This document shows positions 19,640 to 29,400 of a stretch of DNA of 64,000 bases, one piece after another. Both the position numbers and the translations under genes were made by a program. Origin of the DNA: Candidatus Aminicenantes bacterium (GTDB taxonomy: Bacteria; Acidobacteriota; Aminicenantia; Aminicenantales; JAFGBC01); contig OY969696.1 of assembly GCA_963702005.1 (NCBI GenBank), positions 1,248,001 to 1,312,000 of the forward strand, written 5' to 3'. The stretch's first letter is position 1. Each line of letters starts with the position of its first letter. Under the pieces are notes generated by a model. That model saw only the letters and a program-made list of their open reading frames with translations. It did not search any database and was not told the origin of the DNA.

Positions 19640-20569
19640 TCAAACGATCATCCGCAAGGCGCCGGGCAAGACCCTCACGGTCAGGCGTTCGAAGGCGCGG
19701 CGGCCGTCTGCTGCCTGGAGGGTTTGTCCGTCGGCCTGGACCTCGATGGGCGTTTTCGAAACGACCTCGAAGACGGGCGATCTCAGAGTTTCGACCTCGG
19801 GCTTCAGAATATGCCTGCCCCGCCGAGCCAGAGCAAAGAGCAGGACGAAGCGCGGCAGCGAGCAGCGTCGGACAGTGAGAAGATCGAGGACGCCGTCATC
19901 GGGACTGGCGGCGGGAATGGACCTGAATCCGGCGGCCGTATAGCTGATATTACCGATGAGAGCCATGAAGAACTCTCCGTGCCGCTCCTCATTGTCCGTA
20001 CGGACGGTCAAGCGCAGCGGGAGGTCCGGAGAAGAGAAGATCCGGGTCAGGCCGACGGCGCCGGCCAGGGTTTGATGGCGTCCCAGGAAGCTCCGGCGCG
20101 CCTTGCGGGCCTCTACATAGCGGTTGAGGAGGACGCCCACTCCCATCTGGACTTGTCCCAGAAAGTGACCCAGGATGCGCCCCTCCGCTTCGACCCGCCC
20201 CGCGTCCCAAGTCCGGATCGTCCCGTCCCGGATGCGTCGCACGGCGTCCTCGAGGTTTTTAATGCCGAGCTCGCGCGCCACGTCGTTGCAGGAACCGAGG
20301 CCGATGACGGCCAACGGCGCGGAGATGCCGCGCCGCAGCCACTCGTCGATGATGAGGAGGAAGGTCGTATCTCCCCCGGCCGCCGCCACCCTCGAATATC
20401 GTCCGGGAAGTTCGGCGGCCAGCTTGAGGAGGTGCCCCTCATCCTTGCTGGTAAATAGGTCGTAAGGAACGGCGCATCGTCGCAGGGCGCGTTCCAGGCG
20501 GGCCAGTTCCTTCGCAGCCCGGCCCTGCCGAGCGCCGGGGTTGAAGAGGACGGCGATAATTTCCGGCAT
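19640..20569 (-). CDS. Diacylglycerol/lipid kinase family protein (YegS/DAGK-like)
   Basis: FNPGA, AGGDTT, LGSCND.AR, ASPDDG.LD and QADG; start MPEII at 20569. Confidence 0.88.
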   Translation of the reverse strand: MPEIIAVLFNPGARQGRAAKELARLERALRRCAVPYDLFTSKDEGHLLKLAAELPGRYSRVAAAGGDTTFLLIIDEWLRRGISAPLAVIGLGSCNDVARELGIKNLEDAVRRIRDGTIRTWDAGRVEAEGRILGHFLGQVQMGVGVLLNRYVEARKARRSFLGRHQTLAGAVGLTRIFSSPDLPLRLTVRTDNEERHGEFFMALIGNISYTAAGFRSIPAASPDDGVLDLLTVRRCSLPRFVLLFALARRGRHILKPEVETLRSPVFEVVSKTPIEVQADGQTLQAADGRRAFERLTVRVLPGALRMIV

Positions 20570-20576
20570 GGAAATT

Positions 20577-20605
20577 TGTATATAACGCCCCTTCTGGGAA
20601 GTCAA
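20577..20605 (-). promoter_or_regulatory. sigma70-like promoter, probably leaderless
   Basis: Minus strand TTGACT-17 nt-TATACA, then 7 nt to the ATG at 20569. Confidence 0.5.
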
Positions 20606-20622
20606 CCTCTCGACACCCATAC

Positions 20623-20710
20623 TAAGCCGTTTCCGGCTTATGAGTACTGGCGGAAGCCGCACTCATGGAAGCCACGAGTACTGCAAGGCTGCCGTCGGCG
20701 AACGGGTCAA
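20623..20710 (-). repeat. Cluster B of the same REP/BIME-like family (inverted)
   Basis: Reverse complement reads TTGACCCGTTCGCCGACGGC-[32-nt module]-GGCTTCCGCCAGTACTCATAAGCCGGAAACGGCTTA, matching 13117-13172. Confidence 0.85.
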
Positions 20711-20720
20711 GGAGAGGCAG

Positions 20721-20752
20721 TTTTTGTCAAAGCAGCCTGACAAAAAATGTCA
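20721..20752. promoter_or_regulatory. Putative enhancer-binding-protein site (UAS)
   Basis: Overlapping palindromes TTTTTGTCA-N8-TGACAAAAA and TGACA-N5-TGTCA, 70-100 bp upstream of a sigma54 promoter. Confidence 0.45.
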
Positions 20753-20823
20753 TTTTTGCTTGGAAATTCAGGTGCTATTAAATTTATTTTTATTGTTATT
20801 AATAAGTTAACAATTTATTTTTC

Positions 20824-20839
20824 TGGTATGAATATTGCA
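20824..20839 (+). promoter_or_regulatory. sigma54 (-24/-12) promoter
   Basis: TGGTATGAATATTGCA (GG-N10-GC) in an AT-rich tract upstream of the pilin gene. Confidence 0.7.
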
Positions 20840-20912
20840 AAATAGTAGAGCCGATAGAGGTGCCAGGGTCCGAAAGACCATCATTAATAAAACCGAGGTA
20901 GGAAGATCAGCC

Positions 20913-21476
20913 ATGAGAAGAAGGCAAAAAGGCTTTACGCTCATCGAGCTTCTTATCGTTGTCGCCATAATCGGAATTTTATCCTCCCTCCTCATTCCTA
21001 ACATTATGGTCGCCATCCAAAAAACGAAACAGAAGAGCTGTATGAGCAACATCATGTTCTTGGCAACGGGCTGTACCGATTACACCATCGACCACGGGAA
21101 TTGGGACGGGATCGAACAGAACGGCGCCCTTCAGAATCAGGGAGATTTCATGAGAGCCCTCTATCCCTACCGGCTCAAGGGGTTTCCCACCAACGATTCC
21201 TGGGGGACGCCGTTCAACGTTTTCATCGGCGCCCAAGCGGTCGCGGGGGCCATATCGGGCATCCCGGCCGCTGAGTGCGGGGATGACGATTACCTCCTTT
21301 CCTCCTACGGGCGGAACGGGGAAGCGGGCCCCGTCTATACGACCTTTGACCCGGCGGATCCGGAGGCCGGAATCTATATGGTCACGGTTTTGGCGGACTT
21401 CGACGAGGATCTCGTCAACTGGAGCGGTTCCTGGATCATCGGTCCCCGCGTCGCCAAGGTCCAGGCGGGCACCTGA
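20913..21476 (+). CDS. Prepilin-type N-terminal cleavage/methylation protein (GspG/pilin-like)
   Basis: RRRQKG|FTLIELLIVVAIIGIL with E5; DSWG.PF and SYG.NG are GspG-like motifs. Confidence 0.9.
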   Translation: MRRRQKGFTLIELLIVVAIIGILSSLLIPNIMVAIQKTKQKSCMSNIMFLATGCTDYTIDHGNWDGIEQNGALQNQGDFMRALYPYRLKGFPTNDSWGTPFNVFIGAQAVAGAISGIPAAECGDDDYLLSSYGRNGEAGPVYTTFDPADPEAGIYMVTVLADFDEDLVNWSGSWIIGPRVAKVQAGT

Positions 21477-21558
21477 CCGTCCCAGCCCCGATCATTCCTT
21501 CCTTCCTCGGTTGCCAGGGTCCGTTCGCTCTGGCATAATAATAATGAGCCTTTGAGTC

Positions 21559-23343
21559 ATGAATAAAAAAACGTTCTTTTTTATGGCGGCCTTGCTGGGA
21601 TCCGCCCTTTGGACCTTTACCGGAAATGTCCGTCCGGCCGCCCGGGCCGGCATCGGATGGACCTCGGAAGCCAAGATTGCCTGCGCTTATTTTTTCTATT
21701 GGTACGACGTCTATTCCGGGGCCCATTTCAAGAATCCGGACGGGTCGGACGCGTTGACCGACCATCCGCCCCTGGACGCCTACTCCCGCTACACCTTTAC
21801 CGATCCGGCCTGGTGCCGAGGGCAGCTCCTGGATATGATGGCGGCCCGGATCGACGTCGTCCTGCCGGTCTACTGGGGGGACCACCAGAGCGTCGCCTGG
21901 AGCAAGCCGGGCCTCCAAAACCTCGTCTCGGCCGCCCTGCAACTCAGCGCGGAGGGGGTCGTGCCGCCCCGGTTCGGTCTCTTCCTGGATACGGCGTCCT
22001 TCCGGCTTCAGCTCGGCGGTCGAAAACCCGACCTGACTAAGCCCAACGAGCGGGCCATGGTCTATAAGATGATCTCCGATTATTGGAGGCTCGTGCCCAG
22101 GGACTTCTGGGCCCTCGTCGATGGCAAGCCCTTGGTCTTTTTTTATACGGCCGATGCCGTATCGGATTACAACCAGCGGACGTTCGATACGATCAACCTC
22201 TTTTTCCAGCGGGACTTCGGTACGACTCCGTTCATCATTCGGGAGTCGAGCTGGGATAAAGTCCGCACCGACGGCGCCTACGTCTGGGGTGTCGCTTTCG
22301 GCGGCCCCCGGACCATGAACCAGGTCGGAAGCCTGGGACCCGGCTACAACGACCGGGCCGTCGCCAACCGTCCCATCAAACAGTTTCGCGATCGGGAGTG
22401 CGGCGACGTCTATAATGCCGCCTGGGATGAGATAGCCACGTCGGGCGTCCGGATCGCGGCCATCGAGACTTGGAACGAATGGCACGAGGCGACCGAGGTC
22501 GCCCCCAGCTACGAGTATAGCCGCCATTTCCTGGACATGACCGCCGTGGGCGTCCGCCGCTGGAAAGACGCCGACTTTTCCACGGCGCCTTATGTCTGGA
22601 TGGACTTCGGACGTTATCCTTACGTCAAGGGGCTCCGGCCCGCCCTGCGGACCCAGGACGGCTCATGGAAGGTCCGAAACCTCGGCAACCGGGAGGGCGC
22701 TTATCCCGACCACGCGTCCAAGCCCCCCTCTTCGTTCCTCTACCTTGACGTCGGCAACGATTTCATTTATGCCCAGGCAAGCGAGGTCTGGGTTACGGTT
22801 GAATACTATAACAAAGGGACGGACGGATGGTCTCTCGAATACGACGGCGTCTCCGGTCCTTACACGAAGACGGAAACGGTCAAGCTGACGGACAGCAAAA
22901 AATGGAAACGGAAGACGCTTCGCCTCCCCGACGCTTATTTCGGCGGGCGGCAGAACTACGCGGCGGACCTCCGGATCGGAGACGACTACGCCGTCGACCA
23001 GAAGGTCAACTTCTTCGGCAGGGTTTGGATCTCAAAAGCGGCGCCCTCCAACAAACCGCCCGCCCTGATCCGGTTCGAAGACGTCGAGCTCATCCCCCAT
23101 AAAATCGTCGAGATCCCGCTTATCACGAGCGATCCGGACGGACAAGCCCTGACGCTGAACGTGGACCCGCCCGTCCCCTTCGCGGAGATCATGGCCACGC
23201 CCGCCGGGGCCATTGTTCTTCAACTCCATCCCGACGAGAATGACCGTCGAGGCTGTCCCTACCGAATCACGGTTCTGGTTACCGATAACGGCACGCCGCC
23301 CCTCAGCGACGCGGTCACCTTCCTGGCCAAAGTCAAATATTGA
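21559..23343 (+). CDS. Secreted GH99-like/DUF5010 glycoside hydrolase with C-terminal beta-sandwich domains
   Basis: Signal peptide, YFFYWY, VDGKPLVF, PGYND, ETWNEWHE and an Ig-like tail (VTDNGTPPLSD). Confidence 0.65.
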   Translation: MNKKTFFFMAALLGSALWTFTGNVRPAARAGIGWTSEAKIACAYFFYWYDVYSGAHFKNPDGSDALTDHPPLDAYSRYTFTDPAWCRGQLLDMMAARIDVVLPVYWGDHQSVAWSKPGLQNLVSAALQLSAEGVVPPRFGLFLDTASFRLQLGGRKPDLTKPNERAMVYKMISDYWRLVPRDFWALVDGKPLVFFYTADAVSDYNQRTFDTINLFFQRDFGTTPFIIRESSWDKVRTDGAYVWGVAFGGPRTMNQVGSLGPGYNDRAVANRPIKQFRDRECGDVYNAAWDEIATSGVRIAAIETWNEWHEATEVAPSYEYSRHFLDMTAVGVRRWKDADFSTAPYVWMDFGRYPYVKGLRPALRTQDGSWKVRNLGNREGAYPDHASKPPSSFLYLDVGNDFIYAQASEVWVTVEYYNKGTDGWSLEYDGVSGPYTKTETVKLTDSKKWKRKTLRLPDAYFGGRQNYAADLRIGDDYAVDQKVNFFGRVWISKAAPSNKPPALIRFEDVELIPHKIVEIPLITSDPDGQALTLNVDPPVPFAEIMATPAGAIVLQLHPDENDRRGCPYRITVLVTDNGTPPLSDAVTFLAKVKY

Positions 23344-23428
23344 CGACATCAGTTTATCGCCGATAATGTTAATGCCCGCGCTGTCCTCTTCCGAGGACAA
23401 GATAATGAGCGTCGCCCCTGGTTGGATC

Positions 23429-23444
23429 TGGCATGGATATTGCA
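23429..23444 (+). promoter_or_regulatory. sigma54 promoter
   Basis: TGGCATGGATATTGCA (GG-N10-GC), about 55 nt upstream of the ATG at 23500. Confidence 0.72.
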
Positions 23445-23499
23445 ATTATTTAAAGGCGATAGCCCTAAGGATGTTTGAGATATTGACCAGGAGGACAGG

Positions 23500-24213
23500 A
23501 TGAGAATGAAGTTAGCGGCTTTAACGGCCGTGGCCGCGCTCGGGCTCGGCTTTTCTGGGCCCGTCTGCGCCCAGGAAAAGTTCGAAACGGGGCTTCGTTT
23601 CCTGCTCGGATTCCCCACGGGCGAATTCAGGCACAACTTGGACAGGACCGGGATCGGAGCGGACTTCAGCTTCGCCTATCATATCCCCCGCTCGATCGTC
23701 TCGGCCGGCATCTCGTTCGGATTCCTGATCTACGGAAGCGAATCAAGGGAAGAACCGCTTTCCCCGGCCATCCCCGAGTTCGTTGTCAAGGTCACGACGA
23801 CGAACGCCATCCTGCTCGGGCATCTCTTTATCCGGGTCCAGCCCCGCTCGGGAACGATCCGTCCCTATCTCGAGGGCCTGGCCGGTTTTCATTATCTGAC
23901 CACGGACACCTCGATTCGCGGCCATGACGACTGGGGCGATTCCCTCAGCTCCAATAACTTCAACGATCTGGCTTTCAGCGGCGGGCTGGGGGGCGGCGCG
24001 AGACTGGAGCTTCTCCAGATCCGACGCCGGAACCGGGACGACCGAGCCTTCTCGCTCGACCTGGACCTCGGCGTCCGATGGCTCAAGGGCGGGAGGGCCG
24101 AGTACCTGAAAAAAGGTTCCATCCATCGCGAAAACGGCGTCGTCAGCTATGATGTCTACGAATCCCGAACCGACCTCTGGCTGGCCGGCCTCGGGCTGAC
24201 TTTTTCATTCTGA
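23500..24213 (+). CDS. Outer-membrane beta-barrel protein
   Basis: Signal peptide, amphipathic strands, RPYLEG and C-terminal GLTFSF; SD AGGAGG. Confidence 0.7.
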   Translation: MRMKLAALTAVAALGLGFSGPVCAQEKFETGLRFLLGFPTGEFRHNLDRTGIGADFSFAYHIPRSIVSAGISFGFLIYGSESREEPLSPAIPEFVVKVTTTNAILLGHLFIRVQPRSGTIRPYLEGLAGFHYLTTDTSIRGHDDWGDSLSSNNFNDLAFSGGLGGGARLELLQIRRRNRDDRAFSLDLDLGVRWLKGGRAEYLKKGSIHRENGVVSYDVYESRTDLWLAGLGLTFSF

Positions 24214-24500
24214 CCCGTTCGCCGACGCCACCCCGCCTTGCAGTACTCACGAACCGGGAACGGTTCGTGTGTGCCGCCCTAGAAGGCGGGGCTAAAAATC
24301 GGAGCCCCGCCTTTCAACACTCATAAGCCGTTTCCGGCTTTTGAGTGCAGTCGCTCCAAGGAGCTCCGGGCGGGGATAGGAAGCGACACTTTTGTACTCA
24401 GCCCTTTTAGAAGGAATGGGGCTGAGTAGGCTCAGGGTTAATCATAAACAAGCCCAGCCTTGCAGCACTTATGGCTTCCATGAGTGTCGATGATTTGACC
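24211..24500. repeat. Cluster C of the REP/BIME-like family between convergent genes
   Basis: TGACCCGTTCGCCGACG (24211); ACTCACGAACCG-GGAA-CGGTTCGTGTGT (24245-24272); inverted hairpin 24319-24346; AGGCTCAGGGTTAA (24428, also at 13412); AGCCTTGCAGCACTTATGGCTTCCATGAGTGTCGA (24456). Confidence 0.85.
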
Positions 24501-26150
24501 TCAGAGCCCCTGCTTGTTGTTCGTGTACTTAGTGATGAGCAGGGCGCGGAGGTCCGTGTACATCTTGACCAGGGCTTCCACGTGGCGTCGGGCCTGCTCG
24601 GTCAGAAAAGCGGCGGCCTTGGCCGGGTCCTTGCGGAGGAGCGCGACGGCCTCGGCTTCGACGGCCGGCTGTTTCTCGAAGTAAGCCGCTTCGTAAGGAT
24701 CGCGGACGGCCCGGACATCCCGGATGGCTTCCTGCCACTTGAGGTAGAGGAGGTTCTCGACGAAGTCATAGACCCAGCGGGCCGATCCCTCGCTGAACGC
24801 GTCCGGGTCGTAGGTGCTGTAGAGCGGCGAGATTTCCTTGACGCCGGCGTAGATCGGGACATAGGGGCTGACGTAGACGTTGTCGAGATACACCCAGTAG
24901 ATCCCGCCGACCGGATCGGGAAGCCAATCCCGGAGCTGGGCGATCATCCCGTAGTTTCCGCGCGGGATCATCCGCCGGTAGGTCAGCTTGAGGAGTTCCC
25001 GCATGTCGCGGGTGGGGAAGGGCGTCGTGAGAGGGCTGGGCAGCCATCGCCCGTCGGGGCCGGGCACGTACCAGCTCTTATCGGTCGTCATGTCGTAGAT
25101 TGTGCCCTCAAAGACGGAGCGCTGGAAGGCCATGATGTCCTGGACCGAGACTTTCCGCTCGGGCTTAACCGCGAACGGGTAGAGCGAGAGCGGCTCGACG
25201 AACTGGTGGTAGGCGTCTTGACCCTGGAAGAAGGCCATCAGCTTTCGCTCCGGCCATTGAGCGAGAGTCGGCGCAAACCGGCTATAGAAGAGCCAGAAGC
25301 GGCCCGTCGCCCACTCCCGAGGCAGCGGGGCGTAGACCTCCTGCCAGACGAAGGGCTTGCCGATCTTCGGGTCGTACCAGCCGCGGTCGACGGCCGCTTG
25401 AAGGTAGTTGGGGGAGACCATGAATGAGTCGGGACGGCCCGGGTCGATGGTTTTGATGATGCTCCAGTTGGGGATGATCGTGACCTGGTCGTCGGGAAGG
25501 CGCTGGGCCGCCCAGATGGCGCCCGGCTCATCCTTCCCGGGCTCCCAGAGCGGGCCGACGCTGAAAATTTCCATGATCCAGACTTCCTGGGTATCGCCGA
25601 TGGCCAGACCTTCGGATTCCGGCCCGGTCGAGGGAAGGAATCCGTAAGTCTCCATCAGGAAACCGATCAGCCTGACGGCCTCCCGGGCGGTCCGGCAGCG
25701 CTGAAGGGCGAAGGCCATGGCCTGCTCGACGGTCATGATCTGTTTCACGCCCAAGCTGCGATCAACTTGAAGCTCCTGACGTTGGCTGAGCGTGCTCTCG
25801 CCGATGGCGAGCTGATGCTCGTTAATGTGGGGATAGCCGGAGTGGAAGTAGGCGTAGGTCTGTTCGACCTGGGGGATATGGCCGATGACCTCCCCGAACT
25901 GGCCGAGAGGGAGTCTTGGGTCCTGGATGCCGTAATAAACGGGGGCGAGTTCACCCTTGCGGAAGGTCCGAGCCGGGACGACCAGGATCCGGCTGTTATT
26001 GCAGGTGTCGGTATGGGAGACGATGACCGAGCCGTCGGCCGAGGCCTTCTTTCCTACGGCGATGACCGTGCAGGAAAAGGCCGGGCCGGCCCCAACCGAC
26101 CCGCAGGCGACGAGGACAGCAAGCCATCCGATGAGCCGAACGCGCGCCAT
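24501..26150 (-). CDS. C69 family dipeptidase (Ntn hydrolase), secreted
   Basis: Signal peptide ends at the nucleophile Cys (CTVIAVGKKASADGS); NEHQLAIGEST, AREAV..IG and WAAQRLPDD. Confidence 0.9.
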   Translation of the reverse strand: MARVRLIGWLAVLVACGSVGAGPAFSCTVIAVGKKASADGSVIVSHTDTCNNSRILVVPARTFRKGELAPVYYGIQDPRLPLGQFGEVIGHIPQVEQTYAYFHSGYPHINEHQLAIGESTLSQRQELQVDRSLGVKQIMTVEQAMAFALQRCRTAREAVRLIGFLMETYGFLPSTGPESEGLAIGDTQEVWIMEIFSVGPLWEPGKDEPGAIWAAQRLPDDQVTIIPNWSIIKTIDPGRPDSFMVSPNYLQAAVDRGWYDPKIGKPFVWQEVYAPLPREWATGRFWLFYSRFAPTLAQWPERKLMAFFQGQDAYHQFVEPLSLYPFAVKPERKVSVQDIMAFQRSVFEGTIYDMTTDKSWYVPGPDGRWLPSPLTTPFPTRDMRELLKLTYRRMIPRGNYGMIAQLRDWLPDPVGGIYWVYLDNVYVSPYVPIYAGVKEISPLYSTYDPDAFSEGSARWVYDFVENLLYLKWQEAIRDVRAVRDPYEAAYFEKQPAVEAEAVALLRKDPAKAAAFLTEQARRHVEALVKMYTDLRALLITKYTNNKQGL

Positions 26151-26428
26151 GTTTGTTCCTCCTTGGCGGGATTCCCGGGGTGCCGGGCGTTAGGGAATTC
26201 TAGGGGAGGCGGCCGCGGATGTCAAACCGGGCGCCTTAAGGCGAGATTATAGGCGGGAAGGGTCTCCCCGGGGGTCACCCCTGGGAGTGAAAGATAGGGG
26301 GGATATATCACCTCCTGTTTCATCTGTAAGGGTTATTGATGGAGACGGAGTCCCGTGCCATACTAATGGATGGCCGGATACTTTTTTGTCGAGGACAAAG
26401 AGGCGGTCCTGAACACTTTCTAAACGCC

Positions 26429-29400
26429 ATGACGGCACAAAGAAAAATCCTGTCTGTTCTCCTCCTCGCGGCCTTGGTGCCTGGGCTACAATCCCAGGAA
26501 ACCGGCCCGAGGTTCCGCCGCTACGGGAGCGAGACCGGCATTTCCCAGAACGATATCAACACCATCCTCCAGGATCGTCGGGGATTTATCTGGCTGGGAA
26601 CCCAGGACGGGTTGAACCGGTTCGACGGGATTCAATTCAAAATCTTCAGACCCCTGGCCGGCGATTCTTTCAGTTTGAGCAGCCAATACATCCAGTCGGC
26701 CGTCGAAGGCCGCGAAGGCCGCCTTTGGCTCGGGACGGACGGCGGCGGGCTCAACGTGTATGATCCGGCCACGGAGAGGTTCAGCTGCTATCGGCATGAC
26801 CCCCGCTCTCCGGCGAGTCTGGCGGCGGACAGAATCAATACGCTCTTCGTGGATAGGCAAGGGCGCCTTTGGGTAGGGACGTCGAACGGTCTCGATCTGT
26901 TCCTGCCGGCTTCGGGAACGTTCATCCACTACAAGAACAATCCCCGGGACACGTCAAGCCTCGGCAGTGACGTCGTGACCTGTCTCCACGAGGACTCCTC
27001 GGGCACCCTTTGGGTTGGAACCGATAACGGCGGCCTGAACAGGCTCGATCCCCGGAGCGGGCGTTTCGTCCGTTCATTCGAACGGATGACCGTGAACGCC
27101 GTCCTAAGTCAGGGCGATACGGGCCTTTGGGTCGGGACGGACGACGGCCTGATCTGGATGGATCGCGCCTCCGGCCGGATCGTCACCTACCGCAACGATC
27201 CCGAAAGGCCCGACAGTCTCGAGCGCGGCGCCGTCTCGAGCCTCGTCAGGGATCGCGCCGGCAACCTCTGGATCGGGACGGACAACGGCTTGGATCGGAT
27301 GGACCCCAAAACGGCCGCATTCATCCATTATCGGAATGACCCCTCGTATCCGACCAGCCTGAGCAGCAATCTGGTCCATTCCATTCTCGAGGACGGGGCG
27401 GGCGGGATTTGGGTGGGGACCGGAAGCGGCTTGAATTATTTTGACCCGGGGGCTCCGGCTTTCGCCGTCATCAGGGACAGGTCGAACGATCCCAACAGCC
27501 GAGGCATGAACAACGTCTGGTCGTTCTGGGAGGACGAACCCGGCGTCATGTGGATAGGCACGGACGCCGGACTTATTAGCCTGGATCGTCGGACCGGCCT
27601 CCGCACCTTGCTTTCTTATGACCCGCGGAATCCCGGCAGCCTGAGCGACGGCGCCGTGCGCGTCATCTTCAAGGACCGCGCCGGCGTCCTTTGGGCGGGG
27701 ACGAATGGCGGAGGGCTGAACCGCTTCGATCCGGCCCGCCGGCGGTTCGTCCATTTCCGCCATGACGCCGCCGATCCCGGGAGCTTGTCGAACGATACGC
27801 TCCGTTCCATCCTCGAGGACCGCCGCGGAAATCTTTGGATCGCCACCTTCGGAGGCCTGGACCGGCTCGACCGGTCCTCCAACCGGTTTGAACACTTCCG
27901 GCACGATCCGGCCGATCCGGGCAGCCTGAGCGATGATCGTGTTTACACCCTGTTCGAGGACCGCGCGGGCACTCTCTGGGTCGGAACCTGGGGGGGCGGT
28001 CTGGATCGCTTCGACCCGGCCTCGAACCGGTTCGATCATTTTCGCCACGAACCGGATAATACGGCCAGCCTTGGAGATAATTTCATCATGTCGATCCGGG
28101 AAGACGCCTCCGGCGTCCTTTGGGTGGGGACGCGGGGCGGCGGCTTGTGTCGGATGGATCCCGGTCGGAAGACCTTTAAAACCTACGGCATCGGGGAGGG
28201 ACTTCCCAACAACGTCATCTACGCCATCCTTTGCGACGGCGCCGGGAATCTGTGGATGAGCCACAACCGGGGATTGTCACGATTCACCCCGAAGAGCGGC
28301 GCCGTCAAGACCTACGGCGTGAGCGACGGTCTCCAGAGCCTCGAATTCAACGCCAACGCCTGTTTCAAGACCCGGAGCGGGGAAATGTTTTTCGGCGGTA
28401 TCAACGGCAGCAACGCTTTTGTCCCCGACGCGATCAAGACCAACACCATCCTTCCTCAGATCGTCATCAGCGGACTCCAGGTTTTCAACAAACCCGTCCC
28501 GATCGGACCCGACCCGGAAGGCCGGACCATCCTGGACCGGAGCATCGTCGAGGCGGACACGATTCGTCTTTCCTACAAGGACCACGTCGTCACCTTCGAA
28601 TTCGCCGCCCTTCACTTCGCGGCGCCCGATAAGAACGAGTACGCCTACAGGCTGGAAGAGCTCGAAACGAACTGGAACCAGGCCGGAAACCGACGTTTCG
28701 CGACCTACGCCAACCTGCCGTCGGGGCGCTACGTCTTCCATGTCATCGGGTCCAACAACGACGGCCTCTGGAACGAACGGGGGGCCTCGTTGGCCGTATG
28801 GATATCGCCGCCCTTCTGGAAACGCCGCTTGGTCCAGGGCCTTGCCCTCGCGATTGTCCTGGGCGCCTTGGCCGCGGCCGTCCGTACCCGGACCCGGCGT
28901 CTCGTCGAATCGAAGAAGCGGCTCGAAGCCAAGGTCGAAGTGCGGACGGCCGAGCTCAAGGCGACGACCGTTAAGATCCAGGAAGAGGCCGCCGAACGCC
29001 GGCGGGCCGAGGACGCGCTCCGCAGGGAGAAGCTCTACCTGGACCTCTTGATCGAGAACGCGCCCGAGGCCATCGTCATCACCGGCGAAGGGCACAAGAT
29101 CGTCCGGATCAACCGGGAGTTCACCCGCATGTTCGGATACGAGCCCGAGGAAGCCATCGGCCGCAACATCGACGACGTCGTGTCCACGGAGGAGTCGAAG
29201 CAGGAAGCCCAAAACTTTACGCGGGAGCTCTCCCGGGGGCGGAGGATCGCTTTCGAGAGCGTCCGGAGGAGGAAGGACGGCGCGCCCTTCCACGTCTCCG
29301 CCATCGGCGCTCCGATCTGTTCCGAGGAGCGGACCTTCGGCTATTTCGCCATGTACCGCGACATCACCGACCGGAAACGGGCCGAGGAGGCCCTCCGCAA

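Noticed and set aside
21531-21546. sigma54 promoter TGGCATAAT upstream of the GH99-like gene
   Set aside because: There is no GC at the -12 position.
26500-28400. DNA tandem repeat array
   Set aside because: The periodicity is explained by beta-propeller blade repeats in the kinase, as also at about 33980-35950.
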